NCBI GenBank assembly: GCA_964489065.1
Contig: CAZAXH010000008.1
Location: 64,130 to 128,129 of the forward strand
Direction: 5' to 3'
Source: an uncultured Planctomycetales bacterium
GTDB lineage: Bacteria > Omnitrophota > Gorgyraeia > Zapsychrales > JANLHA01
DNA: 64,000 nucleotides
Shown here in pieces: positions 27,030 to 36,262 of this stretch. A program made the position numbers and the translations under genes. Every line of letters begins with the position of its first letter. Position 1 is the first letter of the stretch. A model generated the notes under the pieces. The model saw only the letters and a list, made by a program, of their open reading frames with translations. It did no database searches and was not told the DNA's origin.

Positions 27030-28640
27030 ATGCGAGTCGCGTTTATCAGCAATGCTTATGAGAGCATGGGATTCGAATATCTTTCTGCCGTTTTAAAAAA
27101 GGCCGGCCATGAAGTCAGATTATTCATGGACCCGGAACTTTTTAACGATTCCGACACGACGATTTCTCCATTGGGTAAATTTTTCGATTTCAAACCGCAG
27201 CTGCTCGCGGACCTGAAGCCCTTTAAACCTGATTTAGTCGCGTTTTCCGTCATCACGGATTCTTTCCTCTGGGCCGCCGACCTCGCCCGCCGGATTAAAA
27301 GCGAAATGAACGTGCCTATCATTTTCGGTGGCATTCACGCCACATCCAGCCCGGACAGCGTTATCGCCAACGATTGTATCGATATGGTTTGCCTGGGGGA
27401 GGGGGAATACGCCATGCTTGACCTGGTGGCAAGTATGGCCCTAGGGGAAACCGACTTGTCTATCAGGAACATCTGGTTTAAAGCGGATGGGAAAATCATC
27501 AAAAATGATATGCGCCCTTTAATTGAAGATTTGGACACGCTGCCTTTGGCTGATAAAAATCTTTATTATTCGGTCAGCCCTCATTTTCGCTTCTGCTATT
27601 ATACGCTGACCAACCGGGGCTGTCCGCACGCCTGCTCTTATTGTATCCATTCTTATTTAAGAAAATTGTACCGGGGGAAAGGGGCGTACTGCCGCCAGCG
27701 CAGCGTCGATAATGTCATTCAGGAGCTGGTGGACGCCAAGAAAACTTATAATATCTCCCTGGTTCGGTTCATGGATGACTGTTTCCCTTCTGAAATCGGC
27801 TGGCTGAACGAATTCAGGGAAAAATACGCCAGAGAAGTCGGCCTGCCTTTCCTGTGTTACCTTTATCCCTGTCAAGTCACCCCCGGGGTGCTGGAAGCCC
27901 TTGAGGCCAGCGGCTGTGTGGAGATTAATCTAGGGATTCAGTCCTGGGATGAAAATGTCCGAAAAAAAGTCTTGCACAGGATGGAAGACAATGAGACCCT
28001 GGAGAATTTGCTGGATATCTGTTGCCGGTTTAAATTCAGTTATGTCCTGGATATTATCAGCGGAATCCCAGGGGAAAATATTGATTCCCTGTTCGAATTC
28101 CTGCAAATGTGCCGGGCCAAAAAGTTTAAAAGCGTTAATTTTTACTGGTTAAAGTATTATCCGGCAGTCACCATCACACAGGAGGCGTATAAAAACGGCG
28201 TGATTACCCTCGAACAGGTTTCAAAAACAGCCGCGGGGAAGCTGGGCCGAAATTTCGCGGTGGGAGGGGATACCGAAAACGCCGATAGCCGGAAGCTCTA
28301 TCTTTTCTTCCTCCTCTGCCGGTGCCTCCCCGGAAGAACCGCCCGGTGGCTTTACCAAAAAAAGGCGTACCGTTTTATGCCGGGTTTTGTCCCTTTGCGG
28401 ATTTTATATTTTTTTTGGAATTTCCCGGCCAACAATTATGAACTCAAATACATTCATAAAATGCAAACGTTTTATTACCGGCATTTTATCCTGGCCAGGC
28501 TTAAACAGCATCTCGGGCAGGCCTGGCGTTCCCTGAAGAAATGCGCGCGGCGTTTATGGCCGAGCCAAGGACCTGTCCGGATTTCGCAAGGCGAAGTCCG
28601 GGTGGCCGGTGAGAAGTCAAAACCGACATTTAAGTCATGA
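27030..28640 (+). CDS. B12-binding (class B) radical SAM enzyme, array paralog 7 (with a C-terminal extension)
   Basis: It has MRVAFISNAYESMGFEYLSAVLKKAGH, GGIHATSSPD, CLGEGE and NRGCPHACSYC. An AAAGGA RBS lies upstream. The basic C-terminal tail is about 40 aa longer than in the other paralogs. Confidence 0.9.
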   Translation: MRVAFISNAYESMGFEYLSAVLKKAGHEVRLFMDPELFNDSDTTISPLGKFFDFKPQLLADLKPFKPDLVAFSVITDSFLWAADLARRIKSEMNVPIIFGGIHATSSPDSVIANDCIDMVCLGEGEYAMLDLVASMALGETDLSIRNIWFKADGKIIKNDMRPLIEDLDTLPLADKNLYYSVSPHFRFCYYTLTNRGCPHACSYCIHSYLRKLYRGKGAYCRQRSVDNVIQELVDAKKTYNISLVRFMDDCFPSEIGWLNEFREKYAREVGLPFLCYLYPCQVTPGVLEALEASGCVEINLGIQSWDENVRKKVLHRMEDNETLENLLDICCRFKFSYVLDIISGIPGENIDSLFEFLQMCRAKKFKSVNFYWLKYYPAVTITQEAYKNGVITLEQVSKTAAGKLGRNFAVGGDTENADSRKLYLFFLLCRCLPGRTARWLYQKKAYRFMPGFVPLRILYFFWNFPANNYELKYIHKMQTFYYRHFILARLKQHLGQAWRSLKKCARRLWPSQGPVRISQGEVRVAGEKSKPTFKS

Positions 28641-28680
28641 ACTCTGTTTTGTGCCTTTGTTAAGAGAGGAAAAAGGTTTT

Positions 28681-30291
28681 ATGCAGACCAATAAAGTGAT
28701 GGCCGCTTATTTAAAATACCGTTTTTTTCTCTTGCCGTTATTATTCATCGAGATTATACGCAATCCTTTTTATAAAAATTTTGTCGATTCCTCGGATTCC
28801 ATCCGCGAATTTTTTAAATACATTTTTTTGAAGTCAGCGCTCCTTAATAACATCACGGATAACGCTGTCGTCCTGATAAACGGCCAACTCCATCTGTTAT
28901 CCGGGTCCATCATCTCAATCCTGTTTTATGGGACGGTCGTTGTCGCGGTCAACGGCGTGGTTTGGTATCGCCAAAGCCGCGCGCCCGGAAGGCCTTCAGC
29001 GGCCATTTTCCCGCATTTAATTTGGACGGCCGTATTTTGTTTCGCCATTAAATCTTTCCCGCCGCTTACGGCTGTTACCTTAACATCCCTGCTGGGCTTT
29101 GTCTACATAGCGGATTTTGTGTTTTTTAACAACGATTCGTTTTTTTTAACCCGTATAAAAAGATCCTTCTTCTTTATATTCTCGCTGGCTGCCGTTTTTC
29201 TCGCAGAGTGGCTCTGCTTTCCTTTATACATAAAGTTTCTATATTTTCTTCAGGATAAAAAAATTACGCCTGCGAAAGCCCAGCTCATCCAATGGGGGCA
29301 TTATTCCCTCTTTGTTTTTTTTACCCTCCTCATGGTTTCTCCATTGAAGAATCCGTCTATCATTGACATGCAGCTTTTGCAGAAAGGCCGTTATTTCGAC
29401 CTGCAATATTATGAAAAAGGCGACGCCCTGATCGTCCTGAATGACTTTGAAGGGCAAGTGGAACGGATATCCGTGAAACATATGGCACCCCCGGCTGTGC
29501 TTTACAAATCCCGGATGTCAAGCGGGACAGAAGATTCGATGGGAGACTGGCTGGCCGTCAATAACGAAACACAGGAGCTGTATTTTACAGACCGCAGTTT
29601 TCATGAATTGATGATCCTGGATTTGACGACCCATGCCATCAAAAAGACCCTGTCATCGGAGATCTTTAACGCTGGGGACAATTTTATCACGTCCCTGAAT
29701 CACCACATTTATGGGATCACGGAAGAGGGGGCCTGTATTTATAAAATTGACCCGGAGAATGTTTCTCCCGTTGACAGCATGCTGAACTTTTGCATTCGGG
29801 AAGGAGAGGGGTCCATGCTCGTCCCGAATCCCCGGCTTAATGTTTTATACGCGACAAACTGGAATGAGCCCTCATCAAAATTTTTTATTTATAAAATTGA
29901 TGCCGACACTTTGGCCGTTCTGGGCCGGTTCCCCTTAAGCTCACCGGGGATCGTGATGGTTTCCGAAGATGGGGAACGGTTGCACTGCGGCGTCAGCACA
30001 GGGCCGGTGAATATTTTCACGATCGACGCCAGGAGCCTGCGACTGGTGGACCGCTTTCTGATTCCATACGGAACGGAAAACGGGGCCCTGGACAAAAAGC
30101 GGGAACTGTTGTTTGCCGCCAATCATTTCACCAACATTGTTGAAGTCATTGATCTGAAGACCAAAAAGACGGTTCAGTATTTTCGAGCCGGGGATGGGCG
30201 GTCTTACATCCGCAGGATCATTGTCGACGCCTCTAACAAACGGTTTTTTGTCACGGTTTTTAACGAAGGCATTTACGTGGGGGCCTATTAA
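28681..30291 (+). CDS. Polytopic membrane protein with a C-terminal beta-propeller (YVTN/YncE-like repeats)
   Basis: The ATG at 28681 is preceded by GAGAGGAAAAAGG; the track start at 28609 overlaps the upstream gene. The N-terminal half has several hydrophobic helices. The C-terminal half has repeated strand patterns (LYFTDRSFHELMILDLTTH, VLYATNW..FIYKIDADTL, VNIFTIDARSLRLV, NIVEVIDLKTKKTV, RFFVTVFNEGIYV). Confidence 0.6.
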   Translation: MQTNKVMAAYLKYRFFLLPLLFIEIIRNPFYKNFVDSSDSIREFFKYIFLKSALLNNITDNAVVLINGQLHLLSGSIISILFYGTVVVAVNGVVWYRQSRAPGRPSAAIFPHLIWTAVFCFAIKSFPPLTAVTLTSLLGFVYIADFVFFNNDSFFLTRIKRSFFFIFSLAAVFLAEWLCFPLYIKFLYFLQDKKITPAKAQLIQWGHYSLFVFFTLLMVSPLKNPSIIDMQLLQKGRYFDLQYYEKGDALIVLNDFEGQVERISVKHMAPPAVLYKSRMSSGTEDSMGDWLAVNNETQELYFTDRSFHELMILDLTTHAIKKTLSSEIFNAGDNFITSLNHHIYGITEEGACIYKIDPENVSPVDSMLNFCIREGEGSMLVPNPRLNVLYATNWNEPSSKFFIYKIDADTLAVLGRFPLSSPGIVMVSEDGERLHCGVSTGPVNIFTIDARSLRLVDRFLIPYGTENGALDKKRELLFAANHFTNIVEVIDLKTKKTVQYFRAGDGRSYIRRIIVDASNKRFFVTVFNEGIYVGAY

Positions 30292-30304
30292 CACAAAAAC
30301 TCAT

Positions 30305-31366
30305 ATGAGGACTCCCAAACATAATATTCTACGCACGATTCTGATGCTGCTCATCCCCGGGGCCGCCACCGCGGCTGTGTTATACCTCATTTTCAGGAAT
30401 CTTGATTTCAAGGTTCTGTTGATATCCCTCAAAAATTCCGACTATAGATTTCTCACGCTCGCTTTAGGGGTTTCCCTCACATGGAATATCGGTCTTTTCG
30501 GTCTACTCCGGAAAATAATCTGGCAATATATGGGATATGTTATTTCCCTGAAAGAATGCCTGTTTGTTCGGGCCGGGAGCCTGCCTTTTCAGGCGATCCC
30601 GTCTTTTAAGGACACAGGCTTAGCCATGGCGCTGTATTTAAAAAATTACCGCCATATGCCTTTAAGTGAAGGCATATTATCAAATATCATCGTTAATCTT
30701 TTTAGTCTGGTGGGCCTGTTTTTTTTAATTATACTGGGCTACTTGTTTTACAGACCCGGATTCCCAGAGGGAGGAGACCTCTTCCCTCATCTAACGGCCA
30801 GGATCGTGCCTGTCGTTCTGTTCCTTGGGTTCATTGCGTACGCCTTTTATTTTAACCAGGCCTTGGGGAAACGGATTCTTTTTTACGCTTGCTTCAAGAA
30901 AAAGACCCCTTTATTTAATATTTTTGAAAAAAATATTGATCTGTGGAAAATCCTTCCCAAACATAAAATTATCATTTTCTTTCTATTGACGACAATATAC
31001 AAACTGGCGGAAGTGCTTCTTTTTTGCGCGCTGGCGCAATCTTACCAACTTAGAGTCCCGCTGTCAGCCATTTTGCTGTATGTGCCTCTGGCCATGATGA
31101 TCAGTGAATCCCCGGCCAATATCAGCGGGATCGGGGTGAGGGAAGGAGCCCTGATTTTGTTTTTTTACAATTTCGCGCCCAAAGAAATTTTAGTCTCCGT
31201 GGCCGTTCTAATTTTTATTATAAACAGGATCGTGCCGATCATGGTCGGGTTCTTTTTCCTGGCCCCTTTCCTCTCCCGAACCCAGCTATCCTTTGCTAAA
31301 ATATGGGAACAGGTGCGGTTCATCTCAGGCGGAGGGCCGAAAAACTCTCCGGAGGCGTTATGCTGA
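30305..31366 (+). CDS. Flippase-like / LPG-synthase-TM (UPF0104) family integral membrane protein
   Basis: The N-terminus (LLIPGAATAAVLYLIFRNLDFKVLLISLKNSDYRFLTLALGVSL) and the late motif (PANISGIGVREGALILFF) are typical of this family. The start at 30305 was chosen to avoid overlap with the upstream gene. Confidence 0.7.
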   Translation: MRTPKHNILRTILMLLIPGAATAAVLYLIFRNLDFKVLLISLKNSDYRFLTLALGVSLTWNIGLFGLLRKIIWQYMGYVISLKECLFVRAGSLPFQAIPSFKDTGLAMALYLKNYRHMPLSEGILSNIIVNLFSLVGLFFLIILGYLFYRPGFPEGGDLFPHLTARIVPVVLFLGFIAYAFYFNQALGKRILFYACFKKKTPLFNIFEKNIDLWKILPKHKIIIFFLLTTIYKLAEVLLFCALAQSYQLRVPLSAILLYVPLAMMISESPANISGIGVREGALILFFYNFAPKEILVSVAVLIFIINRIVPIMVGFFFLAPFLSRTQLSFAKIWEQVRFISGGGPKNSPEALC

Positions 31367-32076
31367 ATACCAGTATTTCCTTGGTTGTCCCTGTTTATAA
31401 TGAAGCGGAAATCATCGCCGACACGTTGGCGGCCTTTACCCGGGAACTATCGGGTGTCTGCAGGGATTTTGAAATTATCGTTGTGGATGACGGGAGCACG
31501 GATGACACCGCGGCCATATTACGCCGGATTTCAGAAAATAACGCGCGTATCAAAGTTGTCTATAACCCGGTCAATGAAGGGAGCGGAGCCAGCGTCTGGA
31601 AAGGGTTCAAGAGCGCCGGCAAAGAACTGATCATCAGTAATTTCGCGGACCGCCCTTTTGCCCTTTCGGATTTAGAGGGGGTTATCCGGGCGGCCGACCT
31701 GAACAGCGCTGATTTTATCGTCGTGGTCAGACAGGACCGGAGCGCCAACACGGGCTATAGGAAAATAACGTCCCTGACGAATTACTGGCTTATCCGATTC
31801 CTGTTTAAGGTGAAGATATCTGATTTCCAGTTTGTCCAGGTCTATAAACGCCCGGTCATTCAGGGCATCCCTATCCGTTCCCGGGAGACGTTTGTCCCGC
31901 CAGAACTGATGATCAGGCTTCTGGACAAAGGCTTTCAGTATCGGGAAGTCATCCGGCCGTTTCATAAAAGACCGGGAGGGCAGTCGAAATGCGGCCGCCC
32001 GGGGAAAGTGTTGAGAAGTATGCTGGAAATCTTTAACTTTTGGATATATTGGGTCATCCTCAAAAAGCGAGATTGA
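31360..32076 (+). CDS. GT2-family polyprenyl-phosphate glycosyltransferase (DPM1/ArnC/CsbB-like)
   Basis: The ATG at 31360 follows a GGAGG RBS. It has SLVVPVYNEAEII, IIVVDDGSTDDT and a small soluble size, typical of polyprenol-P sugar synthases. It overlaps the upstream stop. Confidence 0.85.
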   Translation: MLNTSISLVVPVYNEAEIIADTLAAFTRELSGVCRDFEIIVVDDGSTDDTAAILRRISENNARIKVVYNPVNEGSGASVWKGFKSAGKELIISNFADRPFALSDLEGVIRAADLNSADFIVVVRQDRSANTGYRKITSLTNYWLIRFLFKVKISDFQFVQVYKRPVIQGIPIRSRETFVPPELMIRLLDKGFQYREVIRPFHKRPGGQSKCGRPGKVLRSMLEIFNFWIYWVILKKRD

Positions 32077-32077
32077 A

Positions 32078-32773
32078 ATGCGGATCAGTATCATGCAGCC
32101 CGGATATATTCCCTGGCTGGGATTTTTTGAACTTATGGCGCGGTGTGACGTGTTCGTCATCCTGGATGACGTGAGTTATACAAAACGTGATTGGCGCAGC
32201 CGCAACCGGATCCGCACAAAACAGGGATGGATATGGCTTACCGTCCCTGTCCTGTCCAAAAACCGGAGCGGACAGCTTATCCTGGAGACAAAAATCAACA
32301 ATGATAAAAACTGGCGTGCCGCGCATCTGAAGTGTCTTGAAATTCATTATTCCCAATCGGCTTATTTCAAGAAATATATTCATCCCTTTACAGACCTTTA
32401 CCGCCGGGAGTGGGAGCTTTTGATTGATCTGGATATGGCCATTATTTCCTTCCTCGCAGAAGCCCTGGACATCGGGACTCCGGTGATCCGTTCTTCCCAG
32501 TTGGGAATCCGTGGCCTGAACGGAAACCAGCGTATCCTTACCATTTGTGAGAAGCTGCAGTCCCGGGAACTCTATGACAGCCAAGGGGCGAAACCTTTTA
32601 TCGATCTGGCTCTTTTTCAGGAGAAAGGAATTCGTGTTGAATTTCAGGAATTCCGGCATCCCACATATCGTCAGGTTTATGCTCCTTTTTTACCTTTTAT
32701 GTCCGTGGTGGATTTGCTGTTTAATGAAGGTCCGCGTGGTAAAGAGATTATTTTAGGCAACCGACCTGCTTAA
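32078..32773 (+). CDS. WbqC-family protein
   Basis: The N-terminus (MRISIMQPGYIPWLGFFELMARCDVFVILDDVSYTKRDWRSRNRI) is the hallmark of the WbqC-like family found in O-antigen and glycan clusters. Confidence 0.8.
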   Translation: MRISIMQPGYIPWLGFFELMARCDVFVILDDVSYTKRDWRSRNRIRTKQGWIWLTVPVLSKNRSGQLILETKINNDKNWRAAHLKCLEIHYSQSAYFKKYIHPFTDLYRREWELLIDLDMAIISFLAEALDIGTPVIRSSQLGIRGLNGNQRILTICEKLQSRELYDSQGAKPFIDLALFQEKGIRVEFQEFRHPTYRQVYAPFLPFMSVVDLLFNEGPRGKEIILGNRPA

Positions 32774-32977
32774 AAACAGAGGAGGACAAAAGGGCCGCCC
32801 CCTGGCAAAAATTATGGAGCCCCATGCCCATAGGCATGTGGCTATTAACAATTCGTTTCGCGGAATGATCTGACCACCTTAATATATGTACGGACATCCC
32901 CGAAACAGAAAACCTTGTTAGTCCTCCGGCATTCATCCACGGGCACGCCTGCGGTCTTCTGCCAGGGGGATAAAAAT

Positions 32978-34765
32978 ATGAAAAAAAGACCCTGGCTAAC
33001 TTTAATAGTTTTTTCCGCCCTGACTTTTCTTTTCACATCCCCGGTATTTACCCATATTTCTTACTGGGGGCATCTGGACTGGGACCAATTCACGTTCTGG
33101 CACGCGGTGCCCCGAGAGATTATTTTGAGGCATGGGCAATTCCCTTTATGGAATCCCTATGCCAATGGGGGGAATGTTTTGCTGGCGCATCCGCAGTCGG
33201 CTTTTTTGTCCCCATTTTTTATTTTTGTGTTTCTGGGGGGGCCGATTTTAGGACTCAAGCTGGAAATCCTCGCGCATTTATGGCTGGGCCTGCTCGGCAT
33301 GCATAACCTTTCCCGTCATTTGGGCTTGAATTGGCGGGGCGCTTATTTAAGCGCATGCGTTTATATGCTGAATTCCGTATTTTTCTTGCACCTGGGAGAA
33401 GGGCAGATGGAATGGGTGGCGCTTGCTTTTGTCCCCTGGATTTTTATGTTTTATTTAAAAAGCATTCCGCCTGCCCGCACGCAGGGCCAGACTACCCCTG
33501 CCCTGAATCGTTTTTCTTTGGCCGGGGCTATCCTCACCCTGGGATTGATTCTCGTCACCGGGGTTTATGTGGTGAATTTGTTCCTTGTGTTTTTGTCCCT
33601 ATACGCCGGCTTTAAGTCTGTTCAGATGAAACGGGGACAGCCTGTCCTGATTTTGGGGGTTGCGTTTGCCGGCGCATGTCTTATCGGCGCTGTCAAATTT
33701 CTGCCTATGCTGGAATTTGTGCACCAGGTTCCCCGGTTAGTGGATCAACAAAGCGGAGTTAGCCCAGCGACCTTATGGACAATGCTGTTCAGCCGGAACC
33801 AGGCCTTCCTTGACTCACGGCTCTGGGAAACAACCTTTCTGCACGACGGAACCTATCGTTACGGCTGGCATGAATACGGAGCTTATATCGGATTTTTACC
33901 GTTTCTTTTATTCGTGGTGGGAGGGATGAGAGACTATAAAACCCGCTGGCCTTTACTGGGCTCGGCTGCCGTCTGCCTGCTTTTGGTGATGGGGCATTCT
34001 TCGCCTGTCAATCTTTGGGGAATTTTGCATCACCTCCCGGTTTATAGATCCTTGACTGTTCCGTCCCGGTTTATATTTTGCGTTATATTCCCGGTCGCTC
34101 TTTTATCCGGGTTCGGCCTCGCTCATGTCGAAAACAGCCTGCGCAAGTATGGCCGCGTGGTGTCGTGTCTAATCCTGATTTTCGTGACCTTAGATTTATG
34201 GCAGGTGAATGGGGTTTTGCTCAAAAACGTTTTCCGCATTCCGCCGCAACAAGTGGCCCGGGAAAGAATGTTCAGGCAACGCTACGCCGCCATTAATTTT
34301 TATAAGGAAAAATCCCTGAGCCGGAGTTCCCAGTACCCGATTTTTTTAAGCAACAGTGGTATTCTAGAGGCCTATGAATGCGCCGCGATCAAAAGGGGAG
34401 ACGTGAGAATCGCATCCGATCCGGGGTACCGGGGGGAAGCGTATCTGAAAAGCGGGAACGGCAGGATCCTGAATGTCCGTTTTTCACCCAACGCCATCGC
34501 AGTAAGCGTCGATATGGACAGGGATGACACCCTTATCGTGAATCAGAACTATTATACCGGCTGGCGCGTCAGAGCCAACGGAAACGATCTGCCGCCCGCT
34601 GTTTATAACGGCCTTACGGCCGCGCGCCTTAGCCCTGGCCGGCAGGATGTGGTCTTTTATTATTTACCGGGCAGTTTTATCCTGGGATTGTGCTTGAGCT
34701 TGAGTTTTTCCGTTACTCTGATTTTTTGGTTGCAGCGCGGGCTTAAAACGCCGGCAATTCCCTGA
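32978..34765 (+). CDS. YfhO-like GT-C fold membrane glycosyltransferase
   Basis: The ATG at 32978 follows AGGGGGA. The protein is polytopic, with GQFPLWNPYANGGNVLLAHPQSAFLSPFF resembling the YfhO family loop. A large C-terminal extracytoplasmic domain follows the last helices. Confidence 0.65.
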   Translation: MKKRPWLTLIVFSALTFLFTSPVFTHISYWGHLDWDQFTFWHAVPREIILRHGQFPLWNPYANGGNVLLAHPQSAFLSPFFIFVFLGGPILGLKLEILAHLWLGLLGMHNLSRHLGLNWRGAYLSACVYMLNSVFFLHLGEGQMEWVALAFVPWIFMFYLKSIPPARTQGQTTPALNRFSLAGAILTLGLILVTGVYVVNLFLVFLSLYAGFKSVQMKRGQPVLILGVAFAGACLIGAVKFLPMLEFVHQVPRLVDQQSGVSPATLWTMLFSRNQAFLDSRLWETTFLHDGTYRYGWHEYGAYIGFLPFLLFVVGGMRDYKTRWPLLGSAAVCLLLVMGHSSPVNLWGILHHLPVYRSLTVPSRFIFCVIFPVALLSGFGLAHVENSLRKYGRVVSCLILIFVTLDLWQVNGVLLKNVFRIPPQQVARERMFRQRYAAINFYKEKSLSRSSQYPIFLSNSGILEAYECAAIKRGDVRIASDPGYRGEAYLKSGNGRILNVRFSPNAIAVSVDMDRDDTLIVNQNYYTGWRVRANGNDLPPAVYNGLTAARLSPGRQDVVFYYLPGSFILGLCLSLSFSVTLIFWLQRGLKTPAIP

Positions 34766-36262
34766 TCACCAGAAATCACCCAACGGCGTTTGGGGATCGG
34801 ACACGCATCGAAACGGTTCAAAAGTGGAGGAACGGACCAAACGGTATTTCCCGGAAGAAGCCGTGCGGATATAATCAACGGCCTGAAAGCGGATATCGGT
34901 CCCGCTCCCTAAGACATGTTTCAATTTGTCCCGGAGCCCGTCTAAATCGGTTTCTTTTTGAAGGGCATCCTGCACGAATTTAAAATCAAACTGGTCCGGC
35001 GCGCGCTGGATCAATTGAAATAATTTAATGCCAGGATGGGACAAAGACAGCTCAAGAATTTCACGGGAAGGGATGGCATGCCCGTCAGCCGTCATGATTA
35101 AATCCTGAAGGCGTCCTTCCACCCGCATGAGGCGTGATGTCCGGCGGCAGGGGCAAGGGTCATCAGCAAAGGACCCGACGTCGCCGTGCTCGTAACGGAT
35201 AAAAGGCATGCCGTAAGAATTTAAGGCGGTCATAATAATATTAGCGAGTTCCCCGGGCCGGGCCGGCTCGCCGTTGGCGCGGATAAATTCCAGATAACAT
35301 TGGTCTTCCAGAACGTGCATCTGCCCGTTGCTCATCGCGCAGGAGCTGGCCACCCGTCCCAATTCACACCCGCCGTAACTTTGGAAAACCGGAGCGCGAA
35401 ACTGTTCGCCGATGAATTGCCGCATGCCCGGGAAAGACAACCCGGCGGTTAAGTCCAGTCCTTTAAGAGGCGGGATGGATATCTGTTTCTTCTGCATAAA
35501 ATTTGCCAGCAAATATAAATAGACAGGGTATCCGGAGATCATATCTGGCTTGAATTCCTGAACCACGCGGATATAATCCAGTATGTCTTCATCGGAGAAA
35601 TCAGAATTTAACGGCGGGGGGAAGCGGCGGTTGTTCAGCAATCCGTTGGTGATGTGCCGTTCCACAAAGATATAGTAAGCCTGCCTTGCGTGCTTGTGAC
35701 GGGACAAGACCATCTTAAGGTATTTGAGAAGAGGAATATCCGGGCTTTCTCCGGTCGGGAGGCAGGGCTGGCATTCATTCGGTGTGATCCGGACGACCGT
35801 GTCCCCCAGATCACACCCCATCAAGTGCCAGCTTCTAAGCTTGGAGGCGTACTTGTGATTAATATCGTCATGGTCGTGGACCAACATCAGGGACGCACCT
35901 GTGGTCCCGGATGTGTTAGAATAACGCATCCTCCCTAATGGATAATTATCTGCGACCGTGTGCCGGGGAAAATTTTCCCGGAGCTCTTTTTTCGTTACCA
36001 CCGGCAGTTTCCTGAAATCGGCTTCACATTTTATATATTCAGGTTTGATTCCGGCCTGATCGTACTTCTTCCTGTAAAAAGGCACGTGGTAATACGCATG
36101 GTTCACGAGGCTTAAGATGCGTCGCCATTGCCGGGCTCTGCGGGTTTCAACGGGCTCAAAGTCAGCCCGGATATAATCGTTATAATAGCACCACCCTTTA
36201 TTGGAGCTCATCCGCAGGGAGAGGGGCATGACGATTTTTTTTAGAAAATATTTCCGCATCAT
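34766..36262 (-). CDS. PaaK/CapK/F390-synthetase-like adenylate-forming ligase
   Basis: It has the AMP-binding P-loop SNTSGTTGASLMLVHD and QSYGGCELG, and its length and domain order match the phenylacetate-CoA ligase family. Its stop abuts the convergent YfhO-like stop with 0 nt between them. Confidence 0.75.
   Translation of the reverse strand: MMRKYFLKKIVMPLSLRMSSNKGWCYYNDYIRADFEPVETRRARQWRRILSLVNHAYYHVPFYRKKYDQAGIKPEYIKCEADFRKLPVVTKKELRENFPRHTVADNYPLGRMRYSNTSGTTGASLMLVHDHDDINHKYASKLRSWHLMGCDLGDTVVRITPNECQPCLPTGESPDIPLLKYLKMVLSRHKHARQAYYIFVERHITNGLLNNRRFPPPLNSDFSDEDILDYIRVVQEFKPDMISGYPVYLYLLANFMQKKQISIPPLKGLDLTAGLSFPGMRQFIGEQFRAPVFQSYGGCELGRVASSCAMSNGQMHVLEDQCYLEFIRANGEPARPGELANIIMTALNSYGMPFIRYEHGDVGSFADDPCPCRRTSRLMRVEGRLQDLIMTADGHAIPSREILELSLSHPGIKLFQLIQRAPDQFDFKFVQDALQKETDLDGLRDKLKHVLGSGTDIRFQAVDYIRTASSGKYRLVRSSTFEPFRCVSDPQTPLGDFW

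Noticed and set aside
15041-27334. These are reverse-strand ORFs at the 5' ends of the class-B paralogs (15041..15277, 18059..18256, 19600..19785, 27056..27334). They share a TAEIY(S/C)(T/I)P..ES(L/F)(I/T)KAI motif.
   Set aside because: The shared motif is simply the antisense translation of the highly conserved sense sequence IAF(V/I)ND...LG(V/I)(E/Q)YISAV. The ORFs lie wholly inside well-supported + strand genes and have no independent start or RBS support.
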